Shown: positions 1 through 9,397, counted from the first letter of the stretch. The stretch: DNA of 58,433 nucleotides from Poseidonia sp. (GCA_030741355.1 JASLVM010000006.1:1-58433), one strand, 5' to 3'. The notes: generated from the letters alone by a model not told the origin. Numbers and translations are program-made.

Positions 1-1415
1 AATTCTTCCTCCAACATGACGCGGTGGCGCTCGTTTCTCCGGTTGATTTTCTCGATGTAGCCTTCCATTTCTTCGAGGACATCGTCTTGAAGCTCTTCCA
101 AAGCCAACAATTGTCGGCGCGTGATCACGTCCTCATCGCCCGAAAAGGAGGTATCCAATCCATCCAAGGCTTCCATGAGTTCCACGCGTCGGTCCCAACG
201 GTGCCGTTCCGCCGTCATTCGTTCCAAGGCGTTGAGCGGGTCCTCAAACACACGCTGCTGCCAAATCCCCACCGCCAAACCTGCATGTTCGTAAGATTGG
301 AGCAATTCCAAACCGTCCAATTCAATTTGTTTCCACAACGTGTCCAGTTCATCGACGGCGTTTTGCAAGTCATCGGTTTTTTCGAGGTGGCCGATAAGGC
401 CCCTGGATTCCTCTATCCTTGAGGGCCAATAACGGGCAAAGCGCTCCCATCGTTCCACCAATTTGAGGTGCCGCTCAACCGAAGCGGCAACGGTATCGTG
501 ATTTGCTTCCCATTCCATGAGGTCGCTGGGATGGAGTTCGCCCTCGTGAGGAAAAACAATGCCTTGCTGCCTCCATTCTCGGAGGCGGTCTGAAAACAGT
601 TGTCGGCGCTCTTCAAGCGCCTGGGCGAGATCGTGGACTTCTGCTGAGATGTCACTCAAAACGAGTTCGTTTTCTTTGTTGAGAAGTTGACTGCACCGCA
701 ATTCAAATTCAGCCGCCAAGGCTGGATCAAAGGGTTGAATCATCTGCACGGCCTTCAACCGAACTTGCTCCTTTTCGGCATGGAAACGCTGCCATTGCTC
801 GAGTTGATTGAGCGACTCAAGCAAAGGCAACTCCACCAAGTCTCCTGCTGCGTAGCCCAGTTCACGCAAATGGTCGGCCCCGGCTTGAATCATCTGACGT
901 TGTCGTTGTTCATCGTCTTCAATAAGTTCCAAATGACGCAAGAGTTCATCAGCATGAACGGGAGAATCAAACAGCCGATGAAGTGGAGCAACAGCGGCGT
1001 GACTTGAGACATCCAACGCCGCCAGTCGTTTGTAGAGCAAGGTCCACACCTCGCCATGCCCTTCTTCAAACCAGGTTTCTTTTTCTCTGTTGAGGGAAGG
1101 TTCCCAAGGTGCGAGAGAACGCATTTCTCGTTCCAACTCAAGGAATGTTTCTTCGATGGTAAAAGGGTCGTTGAGTCGATGTTTGTAACGGTCAACGGTC
1201 TCGACACCCACCGTTGAATATTGGGAAAAAGCAACCACCCGGTCCTCGAGCGCCGAAGCCGTTTCCCGGCGTTCTTCGAGCCAGGCCAACCGCTCACGAT
1301 GCGCTCCGTCATGTTCAGCGAGGAAGCCCTCGATATCGGCGCGGTTGAAACCAAACCGAACAAGCGAATTGATTCGCTCGGTTTCGGTGTCGTCCACCCA
1401 ATCCTCTCCGCTCAT
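1..1415 (-). CDS. Hypothetical all-helical acidic protein, 3' end beyond window edge
   Basis: Not in ORF track. Manual translation from ATG at 1415 (GAGGAG RBS upstream) gives MSGEDWVDDTETERINSLVRFGFNRADIEGFL... open to position 1 (~470 aa, E/L/R/W-rich). No family recognised. Confidence 0.8.
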   Translation of the reverse strand, partial: MSGEDWVDDTETERINSLVRFGFNRADIEGFLAEHDGAHRERLAWLEERRETASALEDRVVAFSQYSTVGVETVDRYKHRLNDPFTIEETFLELEREMRSLAPWEPSLNREKETWFEEGHGEVWTLLYKRLAALDVSSHAAVAPLHRLFDSPVHADELLRHLELIEDDEQRQRQMIQAGADHLRELGYAAGDLVELPLLESLNQLEQWQRFHAEKEQVRLKAVQMIQPFDPALAAEFELRCSQLLNKENELVLSDISAEVHDLAQALEERRQLFSDRLREWRQQGIVFPHEGELHPSDLMEWEANHDTVAASVERHLKLVERWERFARYWPSRIEESRGLIGHLEKTDDLQNAVDELDTLWKQIELDGLELLQSYEHAGLAVGIWQQRVFEDPLNALERMTAERHRWDRRVELMEALDGLDTSFSGDEDVITRRQLLALEELQDDVLEEMEGYIEKINRRNERHRVMLEEE

Positions 1416-1594
1416 CGCTCCTCGTTCGTGGGACGGTGGCAGGGGGCTTTCAATATGAGCGGTTCCAAACAGCAGAATCCCCCGTCTTGTGGACATCTTT
1501 GCAACCACGGCTGTTCTTTGAAGGGCCAAAAACGACCCTTTTGGGCCTCAAATCTTCCGCAGACCATAAAGGCGCAACGGACCGCTCGGTGTCA

Positions 1595-3883
1595 ATGAGT
1601 CTACTTGCTATCGGACTAGGTGCCCTTTCTGTTGGTGTTGCTGGAGGCCTTGGCTACTGGATGGTGCAAACCAACCAGAAGATGGTGCGATTGCTCGATA
1701 TGCAAACCCTGTTGAGGGAATCACAATCCACCCATTTCCATCACTTGAACGTCGCCACGGAAGGTGTGTTGTCCGACCTCAACGCTGTTCAGACCACCCT
1801 CGGCGCCCTGCGAGCAACGCATCCCGAGGTCGACGCTTCGATGACGGTCCATCAATTCCTTCTCACCTACGAAATCGACAACTCTCCGTCCATTGATATT
1901 CAACAGGCTTGCGATGTCCTTCGTTCTCTGGTTCAACATCAGCCGATTGAGCAGGGCGTTTCCTCTCACCTTTCGGTAAACCACACCGGCCTCCTACGTC
2001 GCTTACTCGATGTGTTTGAACATCATCAGATCGGTGTTTCAGCGTTGCACGTGGACGGAGATACAGCGCATCGACTTGGACTGGCGGCCGCCCATCTTCA
2101 GCGGTACGATTGGGCTGAAGGAGCGCTCGGCACGGCCTACCAACTCTCGCCGGGTCACGCAAGCGTGTTGGAAGGATTGGAACACATCGCTCGCCTGCGG
2201 GGTGACGATGCACTCCACCGACACTGGCTTGAAGCGCGCATGAAACTCACGCCTGACGACCCTGAACTTTTGCGCTCCCACGCCCATCTTCTTGCCTCCA
2301 TGGGCGACGAGGATGCCGAACACGCTGTTCGCCGACTCGAAGCCCTCGGTGTTGACACGGCGGCTGACCGCTCCCTTCTTTCCGGATTGCGAGCACGTGC
2401 TGGTGCACGGACAGAAGCCATCGAAGCGATTTTGCAGGCCCTGGAAGAAGACCCCAGCCGGTCCGCTGACTGGCTTCATTACGCTCAGTTGCTGGAGGAT
2501 GAAGGCGAACTTGAATTGGCGCTTGAAGCCAATGAGCGTTGCTTGACCCTCGACCGACAAAACGGCGAAGCATGGGCGCTCAAAGCCCGCCTCCTCGCTC
2601 ACAAGCAAGGCCATGCACGAGAGGCGCTGAAAGCGGCAACCCATGCGGTCGCTTTGGATGCTGGTGGCGTGGACACCATCTTCCTCAAATCCGAACTTCT
2701 TGAGATTGAAGGGTCCGTTGTCGCTGCCGAAGAAACCCTCCTCAAAGCGTTGGAGGCTCAACCTTACAACGGCGAACTGCGGGCCCGCATCGCTGGAAGA
2801 TACCTCATTCAGCATCGCGTTGATGCTGCCTCAAATCTCCTTTCAGCGACCCCAGATGGGATTGACCACGCGCTCTTGCACACCGTCGAGGGACGCCTTC
2901 ATCTCGCTCATGCCGATCGTCTACGCGACGGCACCGGGTTGACGGACGAAAATCTGCTTGAAGCAGCGCTGAGTGCTTTCAATGGCGCCCTGTCTTTGAA
3001 CCGAGAACTTGGTGTTGCTTGGCTTGGACTGGCCCGAACACAACGCATGTTGGGTGATGTCTCCACGGCACGTGAATCGCTTGACCGAGCAGAACGCTTG
3101 AGCCCTGAAAAAGACCCTTCCATCGCTTGTGAGGCAGCGCTCCTTGCGTTGGATAACGGTGACCTCCAAGCGGCCTTACTGCATGTCGACGCAGCGGAAG
3201 TTCACGGGCAAAAAGCGACGACCGCCTATATTCGCGGCAACATCGCTGCCGTCAAAGGACAACTCAAGCAAGCGCTCTATCACTACAGCGATTGTCTCAC
3301 ACTCGATGCGTCCCACATCCGAGCGCGTCTCAACCGCTCTTCGGTCTACATGGGGCTTAACGAAGCGAGAAAAGCGATGGACGACGCCGAGGCGTTGCTT
3401 GACCTTGCACCCCAACTCGCCGTGGCTCGTGTGCGAAAGGCCGATGCCCACATGCATCTTGCTGAGTGGGAATCCGCCTCAAAGGAATTCAAACACGTGC
3501 TTGAACATGCACCGCATCATACGCACGCCCTTACCCAACTGGCAGCTTGCTACATGAGCATGGACCGAGCAGAACGAGCTGAAGGACCCCTCAACGAAGC
3601 CCTCCGACAATCGCCGGACCACGCCCCTGCCTGGCATCAGCGCGGTTTGTACTACATGCACTTCAACAAAATCGACAACGCTCTCTCAGACTTTGAAGCG
3701 GCGGTACGATGCGACGGTCACCATCTCGACGCCCGTCTCCAGATCGCCGCTCACCACCACGGTCTTGGCAACATGGGCGAGGCTGAAACGGCATGGAAAG
3801 CCATATTGAGCATAGAACCAGACCATCAATTGGCCAAGACTCGGTTGCAAGAATGCGAGAAAAACTTGATGAAAAGCGCATGA
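1595..3883 (+). CDS. Tetratricopeptide-repeat protein with N-terminal membrane anchor
   Basis: Start moved to ATG 1595 (MSLLAIGLGALSVGVAGGLGYW, hydrophobic). Many TPR-like units, e.g. AWHQRGLYYMHFNKIDNALSDFEAAVRCD and AWLGLARTQRMLGDVSTARESLDRA. Confidence 0.85.
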   Translation: MSLLAIGLGALSVGVAGGLGYWMVQTNQKMVRLLDMQTLLRESQSTHFHHLNVATEGVLSDLNAVQTTLGALRATHPEVDASMTVHQFLLTYEIDNSPSIDIQQACDVLRSLVQHQPIEQGVSSHLSVNHTGLLRRLLDVFEHHQIGVSALHVDGDTAHRLGLAAAHLQRYDWAEGALGTAYQLSPGHASVLEGLEHIARLRGDDALHRHWLEARMKLTPDDPELLRSHAHLLASMGDEDAEHAVRRLEALGVDTAADRSLLSGLRARAGARTEAIEAILQALEEDPSRSADWLHYAQLLEDEGELELALEANERCLTLDRQNGEAWALKARLLAHKQGHAREALKAATHAVALDAGGVDTIFLKSELLEIEGSVVAAEETLLKALEAQPYNGELRARIAGRYLIQHRVDAASNLLSATPDGIDHALLHTVEGRLHLAHADRLRDGTGLTDENLLEAALSAFNGALSLNRELGVAWLGLARTQRMLGDVSTARESLDRAERLSPEKDPSIACEAALLALDNGDLQAALLHVDAAEVHGQKATTAYIRGNIAAVKGQLKQALYHYSDCLTLDASHIRARLNRSSVYMGLNEARKAMDDAEALLDLAPQLAVARVRKADAHMHLAEWESASKEFKHVLEHAPHHTHALTQLAACYMSMDRAERAEGPLNEALRQSPDHAPAWHQRGLYYMHFNKIDNALSDFEAAVRCDGHHLDARLQIAAHHHGLGNMGEAETAWKAILSIEPDHQLAKTRLQECEKNLMKSA

Positions 3884-3929
3884 CCACCCTTACGCGTAGG
3901 GGAGGGCTTGAATCACCGAAATCAAAGAG

Positions 3930-4943
3930 TTGAATTTGACAGAAATCCTGACTGCCCTTCAGGATTTTATGACCCAAGACGGGTCCATTTCCAACGAGCA
4001 GCGCGAATTTTACAGAATATTTTCGCAACACCTTCGGGGACACGACGGCGTGTTTACGGTTGAGGACATCGAACGCCTTTTGATGGAGGGAAAGAAGGAA
4101 GTTCCCAACCTCATCGATGAAGAATTTTTCAAGATGGGTGAAGCCATTTTGAACCGCTACAGAAACAAAAACGAGGACGCCATCAATGAACGCATTCGTC
4201 GTCTCGCAGAAGAAGAAGCACGAAAGCGCGCCATCGCCGAGGAAGAAGCTCGAAAACGTGCCGCCGCAGAAGAAGAAGAACGTCTGCGCAGGGAGGAAGA
4301 AGAGCGTATAGCCGAAGAGGCGCGTTTGGCCGAAGAGGCCCGTTTGGCTGAAGAAGCACGCATCGCTGAAGAAGCCCGCTTGGCTGAGGAAGCCCGCTTG
4401 GCTGAAGAGGCCCGTTTGGCCGAAGAGGCTCGTATGGCCGAAGAGGCTCGTATGGCCGAGGAAGCCCGTTTGGCCGAAGAGGCTCGTATGGCTGAAGAGG
4501 CCCGTCTGGCTGAGGAAGCCCGTTTGGCCGAAGAGGCCCGTCTGGCTGAGGAGACCCGTTTGGCTGAAGAGGCCCGCCTTGCTGAGGAAACCCGTCTTGC
4601 TGAGGAAGCCCGTTTGGCCGAAGAAGCCCGTCTTGCTGAGGAAGCACGTTTGGCTGAAGAGGCCCGTCTTGCTGAGGAGGCCCGTCTTGCTGAGGAGGCC
4701 CGTTTGGCCGAAGAAGCTCGCATTCAAGCTGAATTGGATGCTGGTGAAGCAGCGAAACAAGCGTACTGGGATGAACAAGAACTTCCAGGCGATGAGGCCA
4801 AAGTCGTCCCCGATCTCCCCGCTAGTGCTGCCCCTCTTCCCGAGGAAGGAGGCCGACGTGGAGGCTCCAAACTCAAATTCCTGGTGGTTATTGTGTTCGG
4901 GCTCATCGCTGGGGGAGCTGCATATGCGTACTTCCTCATGTGA
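3930..4943 (+). CDS. Tail-anchored membrane protein with long AEEARL-repeat helical stalk
   Basis: N-terminal globular part, 23 hexapeptide repeats, C-terminal TM (FLVVIVFGLIAGGAAYAYFLM) preceded by basic residues; TTG start. Confidence 0.85.
   Translation: MNLTEILTALQDFMTQDGSISNEQREFYRIFSQHLRGHDGVFTVEDIERLLMEGKKEVPNLIDEEFFKMGEAILNRYRNKNEDAINERIRRLAEEEARKRAIAEEEARKRAAAEEEERLRREEEERIAEEARLAEEARLAEEARIAEEARLAEEARLAEEARLAEEARMAEEARMAEEARLAEEARMAEEARLAEEARLAEEARLAEETRLAEEARLAEETRLAEEARLAEEARLAEEARLAEEARLAEEARLAEEARLAEEARIQAELDAGEAAKQAYWDEQELPGDEAKVVPDLPASAAPLPEEGGRRGGSKLKFLVVIVFGLIAGGAAYAYFLM
4311..4724 (+). repeat. 23 x 18-nt coding tandem repeat AEE(A/T)R(L/M/I)
   Basis: 414 nt = 23 units of gc(c/t)ga(a/g)ga(a/g)gcncg(t/c)nt(g/t), with synonymous variation between units. 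Confidence 0.95.
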
Positions 4944-4991
4944 GCCGCTGAGAAGCAAGCCATTTTGACCGATGAACGCTGAGAGACGCTC

Positions 4992-5534
4992 ATGCCCCTT
5001 TCAACCGGAGACACCGCCCCAGACTTTGAACTCCCCAACGCCAACGCCAACGTTGGCTCATCCACCGTTTCCTTTGCGGATGCAAAGATGGAAAACGGCA
5101 CACTGGTGGTTTTCGAATGCAACCATTGCCCCTACGTTGTAGCAAGCGTTGGTCGAATCAACGCCATGGCAGAAACGTGCAAAACCAAGGGAATCGGCTT
5201 TGTCGGCATCAATTCAAACGACCCCGTGGTGTACGAAAACGACTCCTTTGAACACATGGTTAAGCGAGCCGATGGTGGCATGCCCTATGCTTATCTTCAC
5301 GACGCAACCCAAACCGTCGCCCATGCCTATGACGCCAAGCGAACGCCGGAGTTTTTCCTCTTTGACGCTGATGACCGTTTGGTCTATCAGGGAAGGATGG
5401 ACGACAGTCCACGAAATCCCAACGATGTGACCACGAGTGAATTGGCTGATGCCATTGACGCCATGCTCAGTGGCGGCTCGATTGCGGTGGATTACACCGA
5501 ATCCATCGGCTGCTCCGTAAAATGGAAGGCGTGA
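4992..5534 (+). CDS. Thioredoxin-fold AhpC/TSA (PRX-like1) redoxin
   Basis: GDTAPDFELP, FECNHCPYV (CxxC), AKRTPEFFLFD, YQGRMDD, SIGCSVKWK: typical PRX-like1 signature. Confidence 0.9.
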   Translation: MPLSTGDTAPDFELPNANANVGSSTVSFADAKMENGTLVVFECNHCPYVVASVGRINAMAETCKTKGIGFVGINSNDPVVYENDSFEHMVKRADGGMPYAYLHDATQTVAHAYDAKRTPEFFLFDADDRLVYQGRMDDSPRNPNDVTTSELADAIDAMLSGGSIAVDYTESIGCSVKWKA

Positions 5535-5540
5535 GCAGGG

Positions 5541-5633
5541 ATGTCCGGTTGCCGCCGTCAGTGCGATTGGGATGACAACATGGTGTGCCGCTCGTGCGGC
5601 ATCGACTACTCTCCTCCGTCCGAGGAAGAATGA
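5541..5633 (+). CDS. 30-aa four-cysteine micro-protein (Zn-finger / DUF1289-like spacing)
   Basis: MSGCRRQCDWDDNMVCRSCGIDYSPPSEEE*. Starts 6 nt after the redoxin stop and fills the gap to the convergent Lrp gene; below the ORF-track length cutoff. Confidence 0.7.
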   Translation: MSGCRRQCDWDDNMVCRSCGIDYSPPSEEE

Positions 5634-5636
5634 ACC

Positions 5637-6059
5637 TCAGTACTGCTCCAACACAAGTTCGGTGGTGGTGCTGGCAATTTCGTTTGGTGCGGCCAACCAC
5701 ATCTTGTCCAACAATGCGCGCAGAGCCATGGTGTCGTCAACGTGCACAAGGGCCACGAGATCGGCTTCTCCTGAGACTTCGTACACGATTTCCACGCCTT
5801 CCCAGCCCGTGACTTCGGAGGCGAACGAGCCGATCTCCGAGCCTGGTGAGACCTTGATTCGGACGAGAGCGGTCAAGCCCACGCCACCTTCTCGAATGGT
5901 GTAGCCACGAATGGTGCCGTTTTCTTCCATGTTTCGGATGTGGGTCCGAACCGTTCGCTCGCTGGCTTCAACTTTTGACGCGAGGTCAACATAGGACATG
6001 CGTCCATTTTTTCGAAGTTGGGCAAGGATGGCACGGTCAATTTCTGCAATGCGGGGCAT
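5637..6059 (-). CDS. Lrp/AsnC family transcriptional regulator
   Basis: IDRAILAQLRKNGRMSYVDLASKV..SERTVRTHIRNMEENGTIRGYT HTH; C-terminal RAM domain VYEVSGEADLVALV. Confidence 0.95.
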   Translation of the reverse strand: MPRIAEIDRAILAQLRKNGRMSYVDLASKVEASERTVRTHIRNMEENGTIRGYTIREGGVGLTALVRIKVSPGSEIGSFASEVTGWEGVEIVYEVSGEADLVALVHVDDTMALRALLDKMWLAAPNEIASTTTELVLEQY

Positions 6060-6077
6060 GCCTCAGCCTCAACAAGG

Positions 6078-6088
6078 CCCTATTTCAA
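6078..6088 (-). promoter_or_regulatory. TATA-like box TTGAAATAGGG for a probably leaderless Lrp transcript
   Basis: Lies 22-29 nt upstream of the Lrp ATG; the same motif recurs upstream of tRNA-Cys and both TSP3-repeat genes. Confidence 0.55.
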
Positions 6089-6265
6089 ACCTTTTCCAGC
6101 AGGATATGGCTGTTTTATGGGAAAATATTGTTATAAAATGCCCTTTTCCCGAAGAACGAATCCCCAAAAAACCTCATCTTTCCACCGGAGACGATAAGGG
6201 ATTGTAAGGGAAAACCCCGTTTCATTCAAAGAGCGGCTGACCCTCGCCAAGGTTGAGGGAGCCTC

Positions 6266-7519
6266 ATGCCAGGACACATCTCAGGCCTTGATTCACGCAT
6301 GGTGTTGGACAGTCGTGGCCAGCCCACGGTCGAAGTGGATTGTTTTGTTGACGGCAATCTTCTCGGTCGAGCCATCGTTCCCTCCGGAGCCTCAACAGGT
6401 GCTTACGAAGCGCTTGAACTGCGAGATGGCGATGCCAACACCTACCTCGGAAAGGGCGTTTCAAAAGCGGTCAACAACGTGAAAGACCACCTTGAGGAGG
6501 CCCTTGTCGGTTTGCCAGTTGATGAACAACGCTTGATCGACGAAGTGATGATCGAACTTGACGGGACGCCCAACAAGTCCAAACTTGGGGCCAACGCCAT
6601 GCTCGGTGCTTCCATGGCTTGCCTCCATGCCGGTGCTGCTTTCCATGAACTTCCGCTTTGGAAGTACGTCGGCGGTGTAGCCGGCGGCCTGATGCCCGTC
6701 CCGATGCTGAACATTCTCAACGGAGGTGCTCACGCTGCATCAAACGTTGATGTACAGGAATTCATGGTGATGCCTCATGGTTTTGACACGTTTGAAGAAG
6801 GCCTTCGAGCCGGTGTTGAAACCTACCACGCCCTCAAGGCCGAGCTCAAGAAAGACGGTCTTCTGGGCGGTATTGGTGATGAGGGTGGTTTTGCACCCAA
6901 CTTACCGACCAACGAAGACGGCCTCAAGTACATGGTGCGCGCCATCGAGGGCGCCGGGTACTCGACCGAAGAAATCGGCATCGCCCTCGATGTTGCCTCG
7001 ACGGAATTTCTCAAAGACGACGGCTATCACATGGAAGGCAACGTCCTGTCATCCGAGGATTTGGTTGAAATGTACGGCGGTTGGCTGGATGATTACCCCA
7101 TTCTTTCCATTGAGGACGGGTTTGGCGAAGACGACTGGCGAGGTTGGGCTGCGTTCACCAAAGCCTACGGCCACCGCGTTCAAACGGTCGGAGACGACCT
7201 CTTTGTCACGCAGTCGGAACGCCTGTCTCAAGGCATCGAACTTGGGGCAGCCAACGCCATGCTCGTGAAGCTCAATCAAGTTGGAACGGTTTCGGAGACC
7301 CTGGAGGCCATGGACCTCGCCTCGACCAACGGCATGAACAACGTCGTCTCCCATCGAAGCGGGGAATCCGAGGACGTGACCATCGCCGACTTTGCGGTCG
7401 GTACACGAGCGGGACAGATCAAAACCGGCGCACCCGCAAGGTCCGATCGCGTGGCAAAATACAACCAACTCTTGAGAATCGCAGCGGACGTCCACGAATA
7501 CCGTTCACCGTTTCAGTGA
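6266..7519 (+). CDS. eno: Enolase (phosphopyruvate hydratase)
   Basis: LDSRGQPTVEVD, VPSGASTG, GDEGGFAP, VGDDLFVT, SHRSGE, GQIKTGAPARSDRVAKYNQLLRI. Confidence 0.98.
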   Translation: MPGHISGLDSRMVLDSRGQPTVEVDCFVDGNLLGRAIVPSGASTGAYEALELRDGDANTYLGKGVSKAVNNVKDHLEEALVGLPVDEQRLIDEVMIELDGTPNKSKLGANAMLGASMACLHAGAAFHELPLWKYVGGVAGGLMPVPMLNILNGGAHAASNVDVQEFMVMPHGFDTFEEGLRAGVETYHALKAELKKDGLLGGIGDEGGFAPNLPTNEDGLKYMVRAIEGAGYSTEEIGIALDVASTEFLKDDGYHMEGNVLSSEDLVEMYGGWLDDYPILSIEDGFGEDDWRGWAAFTKAYGHRVQTVGDDLFVTQSERLSQGIELGAANAMLVKLNQVGTVSETLEAMDLASTNGMNNVVSHRSGESEDVTIADFAVGTRAGQIKTGAPARSDRVAKYNQLLRIAADVHEYRSPFQ

Positions 7520-7584
7520 GGTCATGCATCGTGGACGCCTCAGCGGGAGTCGATACCGACAGTTGCATGCAGCAGGTGTGATGG

Positions 7585-7833
7585 ATGATTGATTTCGCTT
7601 GGTATTCTGTTGCGTTGATAGCATCGTTTGCAGGGGCCCGATGGTTCACCGAGAACATCAAATTTCATCTTCGCAACAAGCGATTTTGGCTTCATCACTG
7701 GTTTCTCGCCTTCATCACCATGGGGGTGCTGGTGGCGGCGGATGTCCAACAAGCGTGGATTTGGGGCGCACTTACCGGGGTCGCTCTCGAGGGCCTCCGC
7801 CGGGACCAGTGGTCTCTCCTCCGAAAGAAATGA
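7585..7833 (+). CDS. Small membrane protein (3 TM, LHHW motif)
   Basis: Three hydrophobic segments, WLHHWFLA motif, GALTGVALEGL; fills the gap after eno. Confidence 0.75.
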   Translation: MIDFAWYSVALIASFAGARWFTENIKFHLRNKRFWLHHWFLAFITMGVLVAADVQQAWIWGALTGVALEGLRRDQWSLLRKK

Positions 7834-7939
7834 AGGGCAAGGCATCATCTGACCTCCTGCATGACTCACGACAGGAGAACGGTTAGAGGGTGCAGGAAAA
7901 ATACCGCGCCTTAAGTATCGCCGAAATTGGGAAGTGCCC

Positions 7940-9322
7940 ATGAACCGTGCGATAACGCTCCTCATCGTTGCCTGCCTCAGTCTGTCCACCGTCGCTCTTG
8001 GCGTAGCGGCAGACGATACACAAGACATTCCAGCCAATGCCCAAGCGACCGGCGTTCACGACGCCCTCGTGGCCGCACTCGGGCATGCTGAGCTGGTTGA
8101 GACGCTCCAGGGCGACGGGCCGTTCACGGTCTTCGCACCAACCGACGAAGCCTTCACGGCCGCCGGTATTGACCTCTCGACGTTTGACAATGATGAAGCA
8201 AACGCCACCCTCTCAGACATCCTCCTCTACCACGTCTATGCTGGCTCGGTGGCTGCAGCCGATGTCACGGACGGCATGGTGGCTACCATGGTCAACGGCG
8301 ACAACGCCACCTTCACCGTGGACAACGGTTCGGTGATGATCAACGACGCCAACGTAACCACGGCCGATGTGGTGGCAAGCAACGGAATCATCCACGTCAT
8401 CGACAAGGTCCTGATGCCCCCAGCTGATGAACCCCAACCGCAAGACATCCCAACCATAGCCACCAACACCGGCGTGCACAATTCCTTGGTGGCCGCCTTG
8501 ACACACGCTGGGCTGGTCGCAACGCTCCAAGGCGATGGTCCTTTCACGGTCTTTGCACCAACCGACGAAGCCTTCGCTGCAGCAGGTATCGACCTCTCGA
8601 CGTTTGACAACGACGAGGCGAACGCCACCCTCACTGACATCCTCACCTACCACGTCTATGCTGGCTCGGTGGCTGCAGCCGATGTTACCGACGGCTTTGT
8701 GGCCACCATGGTCAACGGCGACAACGCCACCTTCACCGTGTCAAACGGCACCGTGATGATTGGAGATGCAACGGTGACTTCCGCTGATGTCGCAGCTTCA
8801 AACGGCATCATTCACGTGATTGACAAAGTCCTCACGCCACCGGCCGATGAACCGGTCGTGGAAGAGCCCGTGGTCGTTGACCCGTTCGAAGGCATTGACT
8901 GTGCGGCGACCGTCGGCATCGATACCTCCGGCTACGCCTTCTCCCCAACCGTGGTGAACATCGCTGTTGGCGAGACGGTGTGTTGGTCCTGGGAAGACGC
9001 CAGCATGCCCCACAACGTCAAGCAAGTTGATGGCTTCAAGTCAACGGATTACGTCGTTGGAGGCGTTACCTCCGGCGCTGCAGCCTCAACCGTTGCCTTC
9101 TCGTACACCTTCACCGAAGACACCACCTTCTACTATGCATGCGAGCCCCACATCGGCTTGGACATGTTCGGCGAGGTGGTTGTTGGCGACGGTGGCGCAG
9201 AACCTGCGTCAGAATCTTCCGACGAGAGCGAAGACACTCCGGGCTTCATGGTCATCTCTACCGTGATCGCTGTCATCGGTGCGTTGGCCCTGATGGGCCG
9301 CCAAAACGAGCGAGACCTCTGA
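7940..9322 (+). CDS. Secreted 2x fasciclin (FAS1) + cupredoxin protein with PGF-CTERM anchor
   Basis: Signal peptide; two GPFTVFAPTDEAF...NGIIHVIDKVL domains; type-1 Cu ligands PHNV...YYACEPHIGLDM; C-terminal TPGF + TM + GR tail. Start taken at ATG 7940. Confidence 0.9.
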   Translation: MNRAITLLIVACLSLSTVALGVAADDTQDIPANAQATGVHDALVAALGHAELVETLQGDGPFTVFAPTDEAFTAAGIDLSTFDNDEANATLSDILLYHVYAGSVAAADVTDGMVATMVNGDNATFTVDNGSVMINDANVTTADVVASNGIIHVIDKVLMPPADEPQPQDIPTIATNTGVHNSLVAALTHAGLVATLQGDGPFTVFAPTDEAFAAAGIDLSTFDNDEANATLTDILTYHVYAGSVAAADVTDGFVATMVNGDNATFTVSNGTVMIGDATVTSADVAASNGIIHVIDKVLTPPADEPVVEEPVVVDPFEGIDCAATVGIDTSGYAFSPTVVNIAVGETVCWSWEDASMPHNVKQVDGFKSTDYVVGGVTSGAAASTVAFSYTFTEDTTFYYACEPHIGLDMFGEVVVGDGGAEPASESSDESEDTPGFMVISTVIAVIGALALMGRQNERDL

Positions 9323-9397
9323 AGTGGACAACGCTGATTTCATCGAGCACATCGACGTGTGCGAATCGTTGAAAATCAACACGGAGGGTCGCAGCAT

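Noticed and set aside
24-1598. Short ORFs listed by the track at the window start
   Set aside because: All overlap the single long minus-strand gene starting at 1415.
4311-4724. Possible CRISPR array
   Set aside because: Contiguous 18-nt in-frame units with synonymous variation and no unique spacers.
3663-4958. Long antisense ORFs (431, 188, 154 aa) over the AEEARL repeat
   Set aside because: Shadow frames of a stop-free coding repeat; the plus-strand gene has coherent architecture.
9335-9378. Imperfect stem-loop between the fasciclin and dehydrogenase genes
   Set aside because: Short and interrupted, and overlaps a probable TATA-like TTGAAAAT; could be a terminator but not well enough supported.
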